Shown: positions 40,631 through 54,590, counted from the first letter of the stretch. The stretch is DNA of 64,000 bases from Sphyrna mokarran (GCA_024679065.1 JAGIQG010000009.1:51336001-51400000), one strand, 5' to 3'. The notes: generated from the sequence alone by a model not told the origin. A program made the numbers and translations.

Positions 40631-41150
40631 TGCTACAAAACTCAAAATTGATTTTCAGGTGACTGAGCAATCCAATGACAACCTGTAATCTCTAGCCCGG
40701 GAAGAGCAGATGGGGATTGGAGGAGTGGGTAGATTGCTACACGCTTCTTACCTGACTTGCTTGGCTTCCACAATGGAGATCGAGGTGTTCAGTTCCCTCT
40801 TAGATGCTTTCCTGGTATCGGTTGATTGTTGTAAGTTATAAAGGTGTTTGGAGGTGTTCTTGATGTCTTTGTTCTGTCCTTCTGGGGTTCGCTGTATCAA
40901 TGTTCCAACTACAACGTTTGTTTTGTGAGCCTCATGTCAGACATGAGGATAATGTCGTTTTCCCAGCAGGGTTAATTCAGCATGGTCAATGCTTCAATGC
41001 TGTGCTTATTGACCTGAGTGAGAACACTGATGTTGGTGTGCCTATGCAGTCAATGGATTTGCAGGATTTGCTGCGGCAGCGCTGGTGAACATTTTTCCAG
41101 GGTTTTGATGTATCTCCCGTATATAGTCCATGTCTCTGAGCGAGGAAGGA
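40631..41150 (-). mobile_element. RTE 3' fragment
   Basis: Homology to the other copies. Confidence 0.8.
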
Positions 41151-41159
41151 GGTGTTTAC

Positions 41160-42215
41160 ACTACTCATCTGCCCAGTTTCATCCTGGGCTTGCTGCTATA
41201 CAGCCCAATACTGGGTTTGCCATTTTCCACCCGTATGACTCCACAGTGGGTTCGGCATACTGCTTCTGCGTTGTCTATGGCATTCACCGATTGTTTCCTG
41301 TACTGCACCACACTGGCTCAGCAAACTTATCCTGCACTATGATGCTCCACACTAGGATCACCATTCTCCTTACGCGCTGCTCCCCTGCATTCACCACAGT
41401 CATCCCGCACTGCTACAGAGGTTTTGTGGCTCTCCTCCCACACTGCTCCACACTGGAATCGTACGTCCATCTCCTCGCACACATTTTCAAACAGGATTTT
41501 TCCTCCTGCCCTCCTCCATACTGAGTTCACCATCTATGCTCATTGCTTGACTGGGTTCGCTGCACACAGCCTTGGCCACACTGAATTTCATCACTCTCCT
41601 CCCTCAGTTGTCCACATTATGTTCATCTCTCTCTTCCTCCACTGCTCCAGGTTGGATTTATCGCTCTCTTCCTGCACTGCTCCTTATTCAATACTATGTA
41701 TCCTTCTCGCACTGCTTCATGCTGACTTAATTGCTCTCCTCTTGTGCTGTCTGCACTTGGTTCATTGATCTCCCACTGCCCCCCCCCACCCAAAACTGGG
41801 TTCCTCATTATGCCTTACTTTGTATTATATAGTGTACACAGTTCTCCTCCCACATAACTCCACACTTGGCTCATCGCTGTGCTCCTGCAACGTTTTCACA
41901 CTAGGATGTCAATTTGACGCACACTGCTCCACACTGCTTTCACTGTCCTCCTAACACATTGATCTGCACTTAGTTCTCCAATCTTGCTGCTCCATACTGG
42001 ACTCATCTCTCTCCTCTTACATTGCTCCACAATGGGTTTGCACTATCCTCTCATGCTGTTCTACCCTAAGGATGACCACTTATTAACACACTGTTGTACA
42101 CTGGGATCAGTTCTCTGGTCCTGCATTGTGTGATACTAGTTCTCCACTAAGGCCCCCACTCCAATCAACACTCAGCTAAATACTCTCTTCTCCTACTGCT
42201 CTTCATTACGTTCTA
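41160..42215. repeat. 35-bp array block
   Basis: Ordered monomer variants. Confidence 0.85.
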
Positions 42216-42224
42216 TGACCTCTA

Positions 42225-43275
42225 ATCCCTGACACCACTCATCCTCCATTTGCTTTCAGCAATAAATATCAAGGTGTTCAGATATATGAATGATGTGGCT
42301 TGCCCAGCAGAGTAGACTTAGCACAGTCAATGTTTCGATGCTTGGGGTATTGACCTGAGTGAGTATACTGATGTTAGTGTGTCCATGTTGCCAATGGATT
42401 TGCAGGATCTTGTGCAGATGACACTGATAGTACTTCTCCCAGGTTTTGATATGCCTGCTGTACATAGTCCACATCTCTGAGCCATTTAGGAAGGCAGTAA
42501 CACTACTGTTCTGTAGACCATAAGTTTTGCACTGGGTCTGAGTTCCTGATCTTCAAACACTTCCCCAGACAACATGAGACTGTGCTGGCACACTGAAGGC
42601 ATTGTTGAAGCTCGTTGCTGTTGTTTGTCCTTCTGGATAATGCACTTCCAAGGTATGGAAAATGATCCACATTTTCCAAGACTTTGTTGTCGGTTTTGAT
42701 AATCAATTGGAGGGAAGTTCTGTGTGACGAGAACAGGTTGGAAGAGGGCCTATAGGGATATTTAGTGGAAGGTCCCTGCTCTCGTATGTCTTGGTGAGGG
42801 TGTTGATAATGGCTTAGAATGCCACCTCCAATTATGCACATAACAGAGCCTTGTTTATATTATATAGTTGAATGCCAGAGGATGGGATGACCTTAGATTA
42901 GGCCTGCATGTATTGGATGCTGAGTGAGTTCTTGTTTGTTCTGTAACTTAGCTCAATTCCAGTGGCAGCTTGCGAGAAGTGAGATGGAGCATTGCAGTAA
43001 GCAAGATCAAGAAGAAAGTTGGTGTGATGACACGGAATTGCTTGATCCCATTACAAAAGTGAATTGGATCTGTGGTGAATCCATTGGTCAGAATCACGGC
43101 TGGCATGTCATAATGGATCAGGCGGAGAATAGTGACAAACATTTGGGTCAGCAAAATGGAGACAAATGCTCCATAACCTCTCAGGGTTGACAATGTTGAA
43201 GGCTTTTGTGAGATCAAAGAAGGTAATGCAGAAGTGTTGGTGCTGTAACTTGCATTTCTCTTGTAGTTGCTGCTC
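42225..43275 (-). mobile_element. RTE 3' half (tip deleted)
   Basis: LENVDHFPYLGSALS; WTMYSRHIK..EKYYQCHLHKILQIHWQ; FVTILRLIHYDM.AVILTNG. Confidence 0.9.
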
Positions 43276-44450
43276 AGTATAGTTGCTCCTTCACACTGTT
43301 CCACCATGATTTGCTGCCAGACTGCGGCAGTGCTCCACACTGCATTCAGCTGCTCCTCCTATGCTGCTCTCCTGGGTTCACCACTGTCCTCCTGCACTAC
43401 TAAACAAAGGTTCTGTCACTCTCCTCCTGTGCTGCTGCACACAAGTTTTGTTGGGCTCATCCGTGCTGACACACAATCGCCACTCTTCTCTGCCACTGCT
43501 CCACACCAGGTTCACCACTCCATCCTCTTTGAAACTGGGATTCTTGCTCTCCTCCCACATTACTTCATATTTGTTCGCCATCCTTGCCCACTGCTCTATT
43601 GCTTTCACCACACTCTGCCTGCACTGGACCACACTGGTTTCATCACTCTCCTCCCAAAATGGTCCATACAGTGCTCACCTCTCCTCCTCCGCTGCTAGAT
43701 TTATTGCTGTTCTCCTGATCTGTTCCATGTTTGACTTGCTATATTCCTCTCACATTCTGTGCATTGTTTCCGTTGCTCTTCTGTGTTTCTCACACTGGGT
43801 TCATTGAGCTTCTACTGCACCACTCCAAACTGTGTTTGTCATTTATGGCCTGCTCCACATTATACTGAGTTAGCAGCTCCTCTCTGGCGTCACTCCATAC
43901 TGGGTTCACAGCTGTATTCCCACAGTGCTTCATATTTGGTAGCCAATTTCATCCGCGCTGCTCCATACTGCTTTCACCATCCTCCTACACTAGGTTAACA
44001 AATCTCATTGATCCACACAGGATTGATTTCTCTCTTCGTGCTGCTCCACACTAGGTTAACTAGTGTCCTTCCACTCTGCTGTCTACTGGTTTCATCCCTC
44101 TTCTGCTGCACTGCTCCACACTGGGTTCAGCACTCCCGTCTTGCACTACTCCACACTAGGCTCAGCATTTCCCTTTCGCACTGCTCCATACTGGGTTTCC
44201 TGCTGTCCTCCCATGTTGTTCCATCCTGGGATATTTACCTCCTTATTTCCATACTATTGTACATTGTGATCAGTCCTCTGGTTCTGCATTACATTTTACA
44301 AGTTCGCCGCTAAATCCTGCATTCCGCTCAATATTCAGTTAAACTCGCCTCTCCCACTGCTCCTCATTAGGATCACCGCCCTCATCCCGCACTAATATAC
44401 ACTGGGTTTGCAATCCTTCTCCTTCACTGTTCCAAACTGGGGATGCCATG
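43276..44450. repeat. 35-bp array block
   Basis: Clean 35-bp register, e.g. monomers starting at 44111, 44146, 44181, 44216. Confidence 0.9.
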
Positions 44451-44452
44451 TC

Positions 44453-45950
44453 CTCTCAAAATAATTTCTCAGGTGATGGAACAGTCTAATGACAGCCCAT
44501 AATTTCTATCACAGGTGGGGCAAGTGGGGATTGGAGGAGTGGGTGTGTGGCTGGATCATTACGCGTTCTTTTCCCTGACAATGAGTGGCTTCCAATTGCT
44601 CTGGGCAATGAAGATCAAGGTGTTCAACTCCTTCTCGGATGCTTTTCATCCATGATAGGCAGTCTTGGGCATGGGATTCCCTGATGTTGATGCAGTTTTT
44701 AACAGCTTTTAACTATAGTTTAATTATATTTATTACTTTATTTGAAGTGAGCATCCTTAATCTTGCAGGACAAAGTAAATTAAATACTTGGCCATAACTG
44801 GAATTACAACTTAATTTCCACACTTTGAAGGTCAGGAACTCAGATCTAGTACAAAGCTCATGGTTTACAGGGCAATAGTATTGCAATCTTCCCATATAGC
44901 TCAGAGATGCAGATCTCTCTGATGTTGTAAGTTTTGTGGAGGTTTTGAGTGCATTCTAGATGCATTTTGTCTGCCCTCCTGGGGCTCACTTCCTGTTTCA
45001 AAGCTCCAAGTACAGCAGTTGCTTTGGGAGCGTGGTGCCAGACATGTGGACGATGTGGCCAGCTGACTCAGCACTGGGGATATTGGCCTGAGTGAGAACA
45101 TTAACGTTGGTATGCCTTTGCTGCCAATGGATTTGTAGCATGTTGCAAAGACAGCATTGGTGGTATTTCTCCAGGGTTTTGAGATACAAAATCCAAATCT
45201 CTTGAGCTATATGAAAGGATGGTAACACTACTGTCCTGTAGACCATGAGCTGGGTCTGTGTTCCTGATACTCAAATACTTCCTCAGGCAACAGAAAGCTG
45301 TGCTGGCAAAGGGAAGACAGTGTTGAAGCTCATTGCTGTTGCCTGTCCTTCTGGGCTCCAGTAAGTTATGAAAAATGATTATTAGCCAAACAAGGCCTTC
45401 AGTGAGGCCTGTGCTTATGTACTCAGAATAAGCAACTGATTCTAAACCTTGTGTTAGTTCCACGAACAATGTTTTAGACACAGGATAAAATAAGACCCTT
45501 TTTGATCACAAAATTCCAAAAAGATACAGCGAACAGTAACTGCTACGTGTTCTGTATGAATACACAGAACTCTATGGTGAAATTTACTGTTGACTGTGTC
45601 TTTCTTATTGCTTGCAGGTTAATAAAAATATTGAAAGATTTGAGCACTTACCGTGCATTATTTGGCAACAAAACTTCCTCAGGCAACTGAAGGCAGCGTT
45701 GAAGCTCGTTGTTGTTATTCTACACATGTTGGTGGTGAGTTCTCAAGGTATGGAAACAGATCCACATTTTCCATGGCCTTGTTGTTGATTTTGATAACTG
45801 GTTGGGGTGGGGGGGGAGCGGTGATGAGCAATTTTATGTGATAAGAGAAAGTTGGGATGAGGAACTTTGTCTCACGGGTTATTTACTGTAAGACCCGAAG
45901 AAGGCCATGTACAAGGGTTGATGCTGTTCACTGCAGTCGATTGTCGTTGC
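44453..45950 (-). mobile_element. Rearranged RTE 3' half (AT-rich inserts, small inversion, partial duplication)
   Basis: MVYRTVVLPS..LEKYHQCCLCNMLQIHWQQRHTNVNVLTQANIPS. Confidence 0.85.
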
Positions 45951-45954
45951 TGCT

Positions 45955-46477
45955 CATTGTAGTTGCTCCTCCCACACTTCTTCACATTGGGTTCACCACT
46001 CTTCATCCACACTGTTCCACATTGGTTTCATGGCTCTCCACCCACAATGGTACACAATGTATTCAACTCTCCCCTCCTCCGTTGCTTCACACTGTTTACC
46101 TCTCCTCCTGCACTACTCCACACTTTTTACCTCTCACACTGCTCCACTGTGTTCAATGCTTCCCTCTCACACTGCTCCACACTGGGTTTGTCTCTGTCCC
46201 CTCATGCTGTTCCAACCTTGGAATCAGCATTCACCTCCCTACTAACACACTGATGTACACTGGGATCAGCTCTCTGGTCCTGTGTTATGTTATACAAGTT
46301 TACCACTACCCCCCACTCAGCTCAACACTCGATTAAACATTCTCCTCTCCCACTGCTCCTCATTAGGATCACCGTCCTCATCCCGTGCTACTTCATATTG
46401 GATTTGCCACCCTTCTCCTATACTTCTCCTGGCACATTGGCCATGCCATTCTCCTCCTGCGCTTCTCCACCCTTTTT
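45955..46477. repeat. 35-bp array block (short)
   Basis: Start and terminal blocks joined by deletion. Confidence 0.85.
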
Positions 46478-47605
46478 ACGACATTCAAAGTAAGTTCTCA
46501 GATGACGGTAGTCCAATGATTACCTAGAATCTCTATCAAAGGTGAGGCAAATGGAGATTGGAGGAGTAAGTAAGTGGATGCTTTGCTACGTGGCCCTTTT
46601 CTTGACAACACCTGTCTTCTGATTGCTCAAGATCAAGGTGTTCCGCTCCTCTCGGATGCTTTTCATCCATTTCAGATGATTTTGGGCACAGGATTCCCTG
46701 GTGTCAGTGGGATACTGTATGTTTTGAGCAGGATTTGAGGGGCTCACTTGCTGTAACAAAGCTTCAAGTATACTGTTTGCTTTGGGTGTCTCATGTCAGA
46801 TATATGGATAATATCGCCAGACCAGCAGAGCTGACTCAGCATGGTCAACACTTCAATGCTCAGGAGATTAACCTGTTTGACAACACTGATATTGGTGTGT
46901 CTCTGCTGCCAATGAATTTGCAGGATCTTGCAGAGGCAGTGCTGATGATACTTCTACAGAGTTTTGAGATGCCTGTTGTACATAGTCCATGTCCCTATGC
47001 CCAAGACTACCAATGTTGAAGCTCATTGTTATTGTCTGTCCTTCTGGCCTCTGAAGATACGCTAAGTGTTCCAGATATTCCAAGGACATGTTGTCCATTT
47101 TGATGACTGGTGTGGGGCAGGTTGGAAGAGGATCATTGTCTTTTGGATATTTAGTGTAAGGTCTATGCTTTCACACACCTTGGGGAAGGTGTTGACCAAG
47201 TTTGGATCTTGGACTCCAATTGTACAAAAACACAATTACAGTTGCCTTATGTAATTCAATGACAGAGGATGGTATGATCTTGATTAGGTCTGCGTGTGCT
47301 GGATGCTGAACCGATTTTTGTTTGTACTTCAATTGAGCTCTATTCCTGCAGCAGTTTCTGAGGATGAAATGGAGGATTGTAGGAAGCAAGATCGAGAAGA
47401 GTGTGGTGGAAATATTGGTCACCATCACAGTTTACGTATCATTTTAGAGCAGGTGGACAATAATAGTGACAATAATTTTGGACAGCCAGAATGGGGGAGA
47501 CTGTCATCCCTGAGGGATTTTGGAGCAATGTCGAAGGCTCTTGTGAGATCAAAGAAGGTCATTTACATGAGTTGGTTCTGTTCCACGTGTTTCTCTTGCA
47601 GTTGC
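46478..47605 (-). mobile_element. RTE 3' half
   Basis: TTLFSILLPTILH; both shared junctions. Confidence 0.85.
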
Positions 47606-48109
47606 TCCTCCAGCACTGCTCCACTCTGAATTTGCTGCTATACTGCTGTGCTGCTCAACACTAGTTTCGTCATTATATGTCCACTTGACTCCACACTGAG
47701 TTTGCCACTCTGCTTCTGCGCTGCTCAGTGGGTTTCACTGTTCTCCTCCTGCACTGCACCGCATTGGGATCACTGCTCTCCTCACATGCTGCTCCACACT
47801 GGGTTCTGCGCTTGCCTCTCGCACTGCTCCACACTGCATTTGCCACCATCCTCTCATGCTGTTCTACCCTGGGATTGGCACTTACCTCCTTACTAAAGCA
47901 CTATTGTACGCTGGGATCAGCACTCTGGACCCACATTGCATTATACACATTCATCAGTAAACCCCCCCACTCAGTTAAACGCTCTCCTCTCCTGTTGCCC
48001 CACAATTAGATCACTGTCCTCGTTCCACGCTAATATATACTGGGTTTGCCACCCTTCTTCTACACTGCTCCACACTGAGGATGCCACTCTCCTCCCGCAC
48101 TTCTCCTAG
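47606..48109. repeat. 35-bp array block (short)
   Basis: Start and terminal blocks. Confidence 0.85.
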
Positions 48110-49420
48110 TTGCTACAACACTCAAAAACAAGTTCTCAAATTATGGAGCAGTCTAATGACAGCCTACAATCTCTATCACAGGGGGGCATATAGTGATTGG
48201 AGAAGTGGATGAGTGGGTAGATCACTATCCACTCTTTTCCCTGACACTGCTCAGCCTCTGTTTGCTCTTAGCAGTGAAGAACAAGGTATTCAGCTCCTTC
48301 TTGGATGCTTTTTATCCACTTCAGGCAGTCTTAGTCATGGGATTCCCTGGCATCATTGGCAAAGCTGTCAATTTTGAAGTGGTTTATCACTTAATGCATT
48401 TTTTTCTGCCTTCTTGGGGTTCGCTTGCTGTATCGAAGCTCCAAGTACAGCATTTGCTTTGGGTGTCTCATGTCGGACATGTCATGATATGGCCAGCCCA
48501 GCAGAGCTGACTCAGCAAGGTCAAGCTTCAATGCTCAGGAGATGGACCTGAGTGAGACTACTGATGTTGGTGCACTTTTGCTGCCAATGGATTTGCCAGA
48601 TCTTGCAGAGGCAGCGCTAATAGTACTTCTCCAGGGTTTTGTCCTTCTTGCTGTAGAGTCCATGTTTCTGAGCCATTTAGGAGGGTTGTAACATTACTGC
48701 CCTGTAGACCATGAGTTTTGTGCTAAGTCTGAGTTCCTGAATTTCAAACAAATCTTCAGGTGACTGAAGATTATGCTGGCAAACTGAAGACAGGGTTGAA
48801 GCTCATTGTTGTGATCTGCCCTTCTGGGTTCCCATCTATAGAAAATGGTATACATTTTCCAAGAACTTGTTGTTGATTTTAAGACTAATGTTGGGGGCAG
48901 TTCTGAGTGATGAGGGCAGGTTGGAAGAGGATGGATATTTAGTGTAAGGGCCATGCTTATGTATATCTTGGGGAAGGTATTGACCATGGTTTGGAACTTG
49001 GCCTCCAATTGTGCACAAATGCAATCACCATTTACTTTGTGCAGTTCCAATGCAGAGGATGGGATGACCTTGGATCAGGCCTTCGTACATTGGCTGCTGA
49101 ACAGATCCTTGTTTGTACTTCAGTTGAGCTCTATTCCAGTGGCAGCACCTGAAAATGAGATTGAGCATTGCTGGAAGACTGCAATATTGAGAACAGCGCT
49201 GGTGTGAATTGAATGTGATGGCAGTGTTGGTCAGGATCACAGTTTATATGTCATTGTAGAGCATGTGCATGAGAAAGAATGGTGACAAAATTTGGGCCTG
49301 CCAAAACAGAGGAGAGTGCTATATAATTTCTCAGGGTTGACAATGTTGTGGGCTCTTCTGAGTTCAAAGAAAGTCATGCACAAGGGTTGGTGCTGTCCCA
49401 TGCGTTTCTCTTGTAGTTGC
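48110..49420 (-). mobile_element. RTE 3' half
   Basis: EQLQEKRMGQHQPLCMTFFELRRAHNIVNPEKLYSTLLCFG; KINNKFLENVYHFL. Confidence 0.88.
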
Positions 49421-50504
49421 TCCAAAGTGTAGTTCCTCCTATACTGCTCCCCCTGGGTTTCCTGCTGTACTGCTGTGCTGCTCAATACTGGATTCATCGT
49501 CATGCATTCACATGGCTCCACACAAGGTTCGGTGCTCTGCTCCTGTGCAACTCAATGGGTTTTATGCATCTCCTTGTGTGCTGCACCACATTGGGATCGC
49601 CACTCTCCTCATATGCAGCTCCACACTGGGGTCGTCCTTTCACCTTCTCTCACACTTTTCTAAACTGGGATCTCTGCCCTGTTGAGGCTGCTCGATACTG
49701 GGTTTGCCTTCCATGAACCCAGCTCGACTGCAGCAATGGCTACATTGCTTTTGTTGTTCTCCTCCCATGATAATCCACAGTTTCAATCTCACTCCTCCTC
49801 CAGTGCTCCAGACTGGTTTTATCACTCTTCTCCTGTGCTGTATCTTCGATTTGCCATATATCCTCCAACCACTCCACACTGGTTTCATTGTTCTTCTCCC
49901 ATGATGCTTGCACTAAGTTCATTGATCTCCAGCTTCACCACTCAAAACTGGTCTTGTCATTTAGGTCCTATATCACATTATATTGCGTTTGCAGTTCTCC
50001 TCCATACTGGGTTTACCACCCTGCTCCTATAGTGCTTCATACTTGGTTGCCAATTTCACACTCGCTGCGCTACACTGCTTTCACTGTCCTCCTAACACAT
50101 TGTTCTACACTCAATTCACAACTGTCGCTGCTTCACACTGAATTCAGCTCTCTCCTCTTGTACTGCTGGATTGACTGCTGTCCTCCTTCTCTGCTACATG
50201 CTGGCTTCCTCCCCTTTCTGCTCCACACTGTTTGCCGCCATCCTCTCATGCTGTTCTACCCTGGGATCATCACTCACCTCCTTACTAACACGCTGTTGTA
50301 CACTGGTGTCAGTTCTCTGTTCCCCCATTGCATAATACAAGTTCACCGCTAAACTGCCCCACTCAGCTTAACACTGAGTTAAATACTCTCCTTTCCCACC
50401 ATTCCTCATTAGAATTATCATCCTAATCCTGCACTACTCTATACTAGGTTTGCCATCATTCTCCTACACTGCTCCAAACTGGGCATGCCACTCTCCTCCA
50501 TGCT
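49421..50504. repeat. 35-bp array block
   Basis: Ordered monomer variants. Confidence 0.85.
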
Positions 50505-53180
50505 GGCTACAACACTCAAGATAAGTTCTTGAGTACCAACAATCTCTACGATAGGTGGGGGAATGAGATTGATGGAGCAGGTGGATTGCTAGCGCTCCTT
50601 TCCCTGATAACGCTCCACTTCCGCTTGTTCTAGGCGATGAAGATCAAGATGTTCAGCTCCTTCTTGGATGCTTTTCATCCACTTCAGGCAGTCATTCCCT
50701 AGCATGGGTGGGATGTTGTACATTTTGAGAAAGTTTTAAGGATGTGCTTGATGTATTTTCTCTGCCCTTCTGGAGTTTGCTTGCTGTATCGAAGCTCCAA
50801 GCACAGCGTTTAGGAATCTTGTGTCAGATATATAAACGTGTGGCCAATCCAGCAGAGCTGACTCAGCATGATCAATGCTTCGATGCTGGGGATCTGCTCA
50901 GATCGTGCGTGGACCAGTTGGCAGGGGTATTCGCAGTCATCTTTAACCTTTAATCCCCCATTATATCAATCTGAGGACCCTATCTGCTTCAAGAAGATAA
51001 CCACCATCCCTGTACTAAAGAAAAGCCAGAAAACATGCCTTAATGACTATCATCCAGTTGCTCTGACACTCTAACATCCATGATTAAGAAGTGCTTTGAA
51101 AGGTTACTCATGGCATGAATTAATTCTGAGCTCCCAGATTACATGGATTCACTACAGTTCGCCTACAGGTCCACAGCTGGCACCATCTCCCTGGCCCTAC
51201 ACTCAACCCTGGAACACCTGGATAGCAAAGGCACTTATGTCAGACTCCTAATTATTGACTACAGTTCAGCCTTCAACATCATTATTCCTACAAAATCCAT
51301 CTCCATCTAGATCCTAGACTTCCTAACCCACAGACCACAATCAGTATAGATAGGCAACAACTCCTCCTTCATGATCACCCTCAACACTGATGCTCCACAA
51401 AGTTGTGTCCTCAGCCCCTTATTATACTCCTTATACACCCATGACTGTGTGGCCAAATTCCACTCCAACTTGATTTTCAAATTTGCCAATGACACCACGA
51501 TAGTAGGTCAAATTTCCAACAATGATGAGGCAGAGTACAGGAAAAAGAGAGAAAATGTGAACTGATGCAATGACAAAGTCAGCAGAACGAAGCAGATAGT
51601 CATCAACTTCAGGAATGTAGTGGAGGACATACCTGGGTCTACATCAATGAGGATGAAGTGGAAATGGTCGAGAGTTTCAAGTTTCTAGGTACCAAGATCA
51701 TAAATAACCTGTCCTGATCCCTCCACACCAACGCTATAGTTAAAAAAGCTCATCTACACCTATACTTTCTCAGGAAGCTATGGAAATTTGGCAAGTCCAC
51801 TACGACTCTCACCAACTTTTACAGCTGCACAATAGAAAGCTTTCTTTCTGGTTATATCACAGCTTGGGATGGCTCCTGCTCTGCCCAAGACTGCAAGAAA
51901 CTACTAAGGGTCATGAACAAAACCCAGTCCATCACGCACAGCAGCCTCTCATCCATTGACTGTCTACATTTCCCGCTGCCTCAGAAAAACAGCTGGTATA
52001 ATCAAGGACCCCACACATCCCAGACATTCTCTCTTTCACTTTCTTCTATCGAGAAAAAGAGATATGTCTGACATCACATACCAACTGGTCACAGAACAAT
52101 TTTTTCCCTGTTGCCATCAGATTTTCAATGGACCTATCAAATATTAAGTTAATTTTTCTCAACACCCTAGCTTTGACTGTGACACCATATTCTCCTTTCC
52201 TTCTCCATGTAGGATATGTTTTAGCCATATAGCATGCAAGAAACAATACTTCTCACAGTATAATAATGTGACAAAAATAAATCAAATCAAATATTGACCT
52301 GAGCAAACCCACTGATATTGGTGTGCATTTGTTGCCAATAGATTTGCAGGGTCTTGCAGAAGCAGTGCTTCTAATACCTTTTCAGGGTTTTGAGGTGTCT
52401 GCTGTATGCAGGCTACATCTCTGATCCATACAGCAGGATGGTAACACTACTGTCCTGTTGTCTATGAGCTTTGGATCAGAGTTTGTGATCTTAAAAGACT
52501 TCCTCGGGTTGGTACTCTGAAGGCAGTGTTCCTGTCAGCCCTTGTTAATACTGAGCTCCCAAGTTATGGAAAGTAGTTCACATTTTCCAAGGCCTTGTTG
52601 TTAAATTTTCATAACCAGTAGGGGGAAGTTCTGCATGACAAGGGCAGATTGGAAGAGCACCATTGTCTTATAGATATGGAGTGTAAGGCCCATGCTCTCC
52701 TACATCTTGATGAAAGTGTTGATAATGGCTTGGAGGTTGGCTTGCAATTGCACAAGCATTATTTGTATTATGTAGTTCAGTGAAAGATGATTCGATGACC
52801 TTGATCAGAGCTGCACGTACTGGATGCTGAAGATTCTTGTTTGTTCTTTAATTTAGCTCTAGTCAAGCAGCAGATTGTTCAGGGTAAGACAGAGCATTGC
52901 AGGAAGCAAGATTGAGAAAAGCATTGGTGTGATGACACACAATTGCATAACTCCATTCCGAAAGTGAATTCAATCTGTGATGGATTCGTTGGTCAGAATC
53001 AGGGCTTGCATTTCATTGTGGAGCAGATGGAAAATGGTGGTAAACATTTTGGGGCAGCCAAAACAGAGGAGAGTGCTCCATAATCCCTCGGGGTTGACAA
53101 AGTTGAAGGCTTCTGTGAGATCAATGAAGGCCATGTCCAAGGTTGGTGCTGTTCCCTGAATTTCTCTTGCGGCTGCTTGG
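50505..53180 (-). mobile_element. RTE 3' half split by a Rex1/Babar insertion
   Basis: QEKFREQHQP at the 5' junction; RTE sequence gatgctggggat|attgacctgag resumes after the insert. Confidence 0.88.
50894..52290 (+). mobile_element. Rex1/Babar LINE, 5'-truncated, decayed RT
   Basis: LRSCVDQLAGVFAVIFNL, CFKKITTIPVLKK..CLNDYHPVALT, APQSCVLSPLLYSLYTHDC..IFKFANDTTIVG; (aatca)n tail. Confidence 0.9.
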
Positions 53181-54590
53181 TGTAGTGCGCCTCCTGCACT
53201 GGTCTACTCTGAGTTTGCTGCTATACTGCAGCGTTTCTCAGCATTGGGTTTGTAATTATCCACCCACATGGCTCCACTCTGGGTCTAGCGCTCTCCTCCT
53301 GCACTGTTGAACGTGGTTCACCTATCTCCTCCTGCACTGGACCACATTGGGATTGCCGCCCTCCTTGCGCGCTGCTCCACATTGGGTTCACCAGTCACCT
53401 CCTGCACTGAATACTTGAGTTCTGAGTGGTCTGCATTCCTGCTCTGCACTGAGATCGCCAATCACTTTCTGCATTGCTCAATACTGCGTTTACCAAACTC
53501 CTCCCATACTGCCAATTGTTCAGGTTTGATGCAGGTTTGTTCCTTTCATCCTCTGCTGCTCCATACTGAGTTCACCCTTCCACTTGCTTGCCACTCTCCT
53601 CCTGCACTCCTCCATATTAGGTACACCATTCATGCACCACACTGTGCCTGCACTGGGCCACACTGATTTCGTCATTCTCCTCTCCCAGTGGTCCACACTG
53701 TGTTCACTTCTCTGTTCCTCTATTGTTCCACACCGTTTTCACCTCTTTCCTCCTTCACTGCTCTAGACAGAATCATAGAATCCTTACATTGCACAAGAAG
53801 GCCATTTGGCCCATCAAGACTGCACCAACCATTATCCCATCCAGGACCCATTCTCATTACCCCACATATTTACCTTGCTAATCCCCTGACACTAGGGTCA
53901 ATTTAGCAAGGCCAATCAACCTAACCCACACACCTGTGGGAGGAAACCAGAGCACCTGGAGGAAATCCATACAAACACAGGAAGAATGTGCAAGCTCTAC
54001 ACAGTGTCCCAAGGCTGAAATTGAACCTGGATCCTTGGCACTGTGAGGCAGCAATGTTAATCACTGTGTTGCCTTTATTTATAACAACATCAAGTTTTAT
54101 CACTCTCCATTTAGATCCTCCACATACCTCTTGCTGCTCATATTGGGTCCATTGCTCTCCAACTGCAGCACTTGAAACAGGGCTCGTCAATTGCGTCCTG
54201 TATTATATTGAATTTTCACTTTTATCTCACATCACTCCATACTGGTTCACTGCTCAGCCTTCACGTTGCTTCATACTAAGTTGCCAAATACAACCTGTGC
54301 TGCTTCAAACTGCTTTCGCTGTCCTCCTAACACACTGATTTATATTTGGTTCACCAATCTCGCTGCTCCATACTGGATTAATCTCTCTCCTCTCATACTG
54401 CTCCACGCCGGATTTACCTCTGACCTTCCACTTTGCTCCATATTGGTTTCCTCCGTCACTGGGTTTATTGCTCTCCTACTGTACCACTCAAAACTGGACT
54501 CACTGTTTACATCCGACATCACATACATTAAGTTCACAGCTCTTCTCCCGCATCACTCCATATAGGGTTCACTGGTCTCCACAGCAACTC
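53181..54590. repeat. 35-bp array block lying between the RTE 3' and 5' halves
   Basis: Start and middle blocks present, terminal block absent. Confidence 0.85.
53768..54073 (-). mobile_element. HE1-type V-SINE in array
   Basis: Same block as 14387-14700. Confidence 0.85.

Noticed and set aside
44111-44250. CACACTG in the monomer resembles the RSS heptamer, and GGTTCA resembles a Pol III B-box
   Set aside because: No nonamer at 12/23 spacing and no V/D/J segments; the B-box consensus GTTCRANNC is not met in most monomers and no A-box is evident
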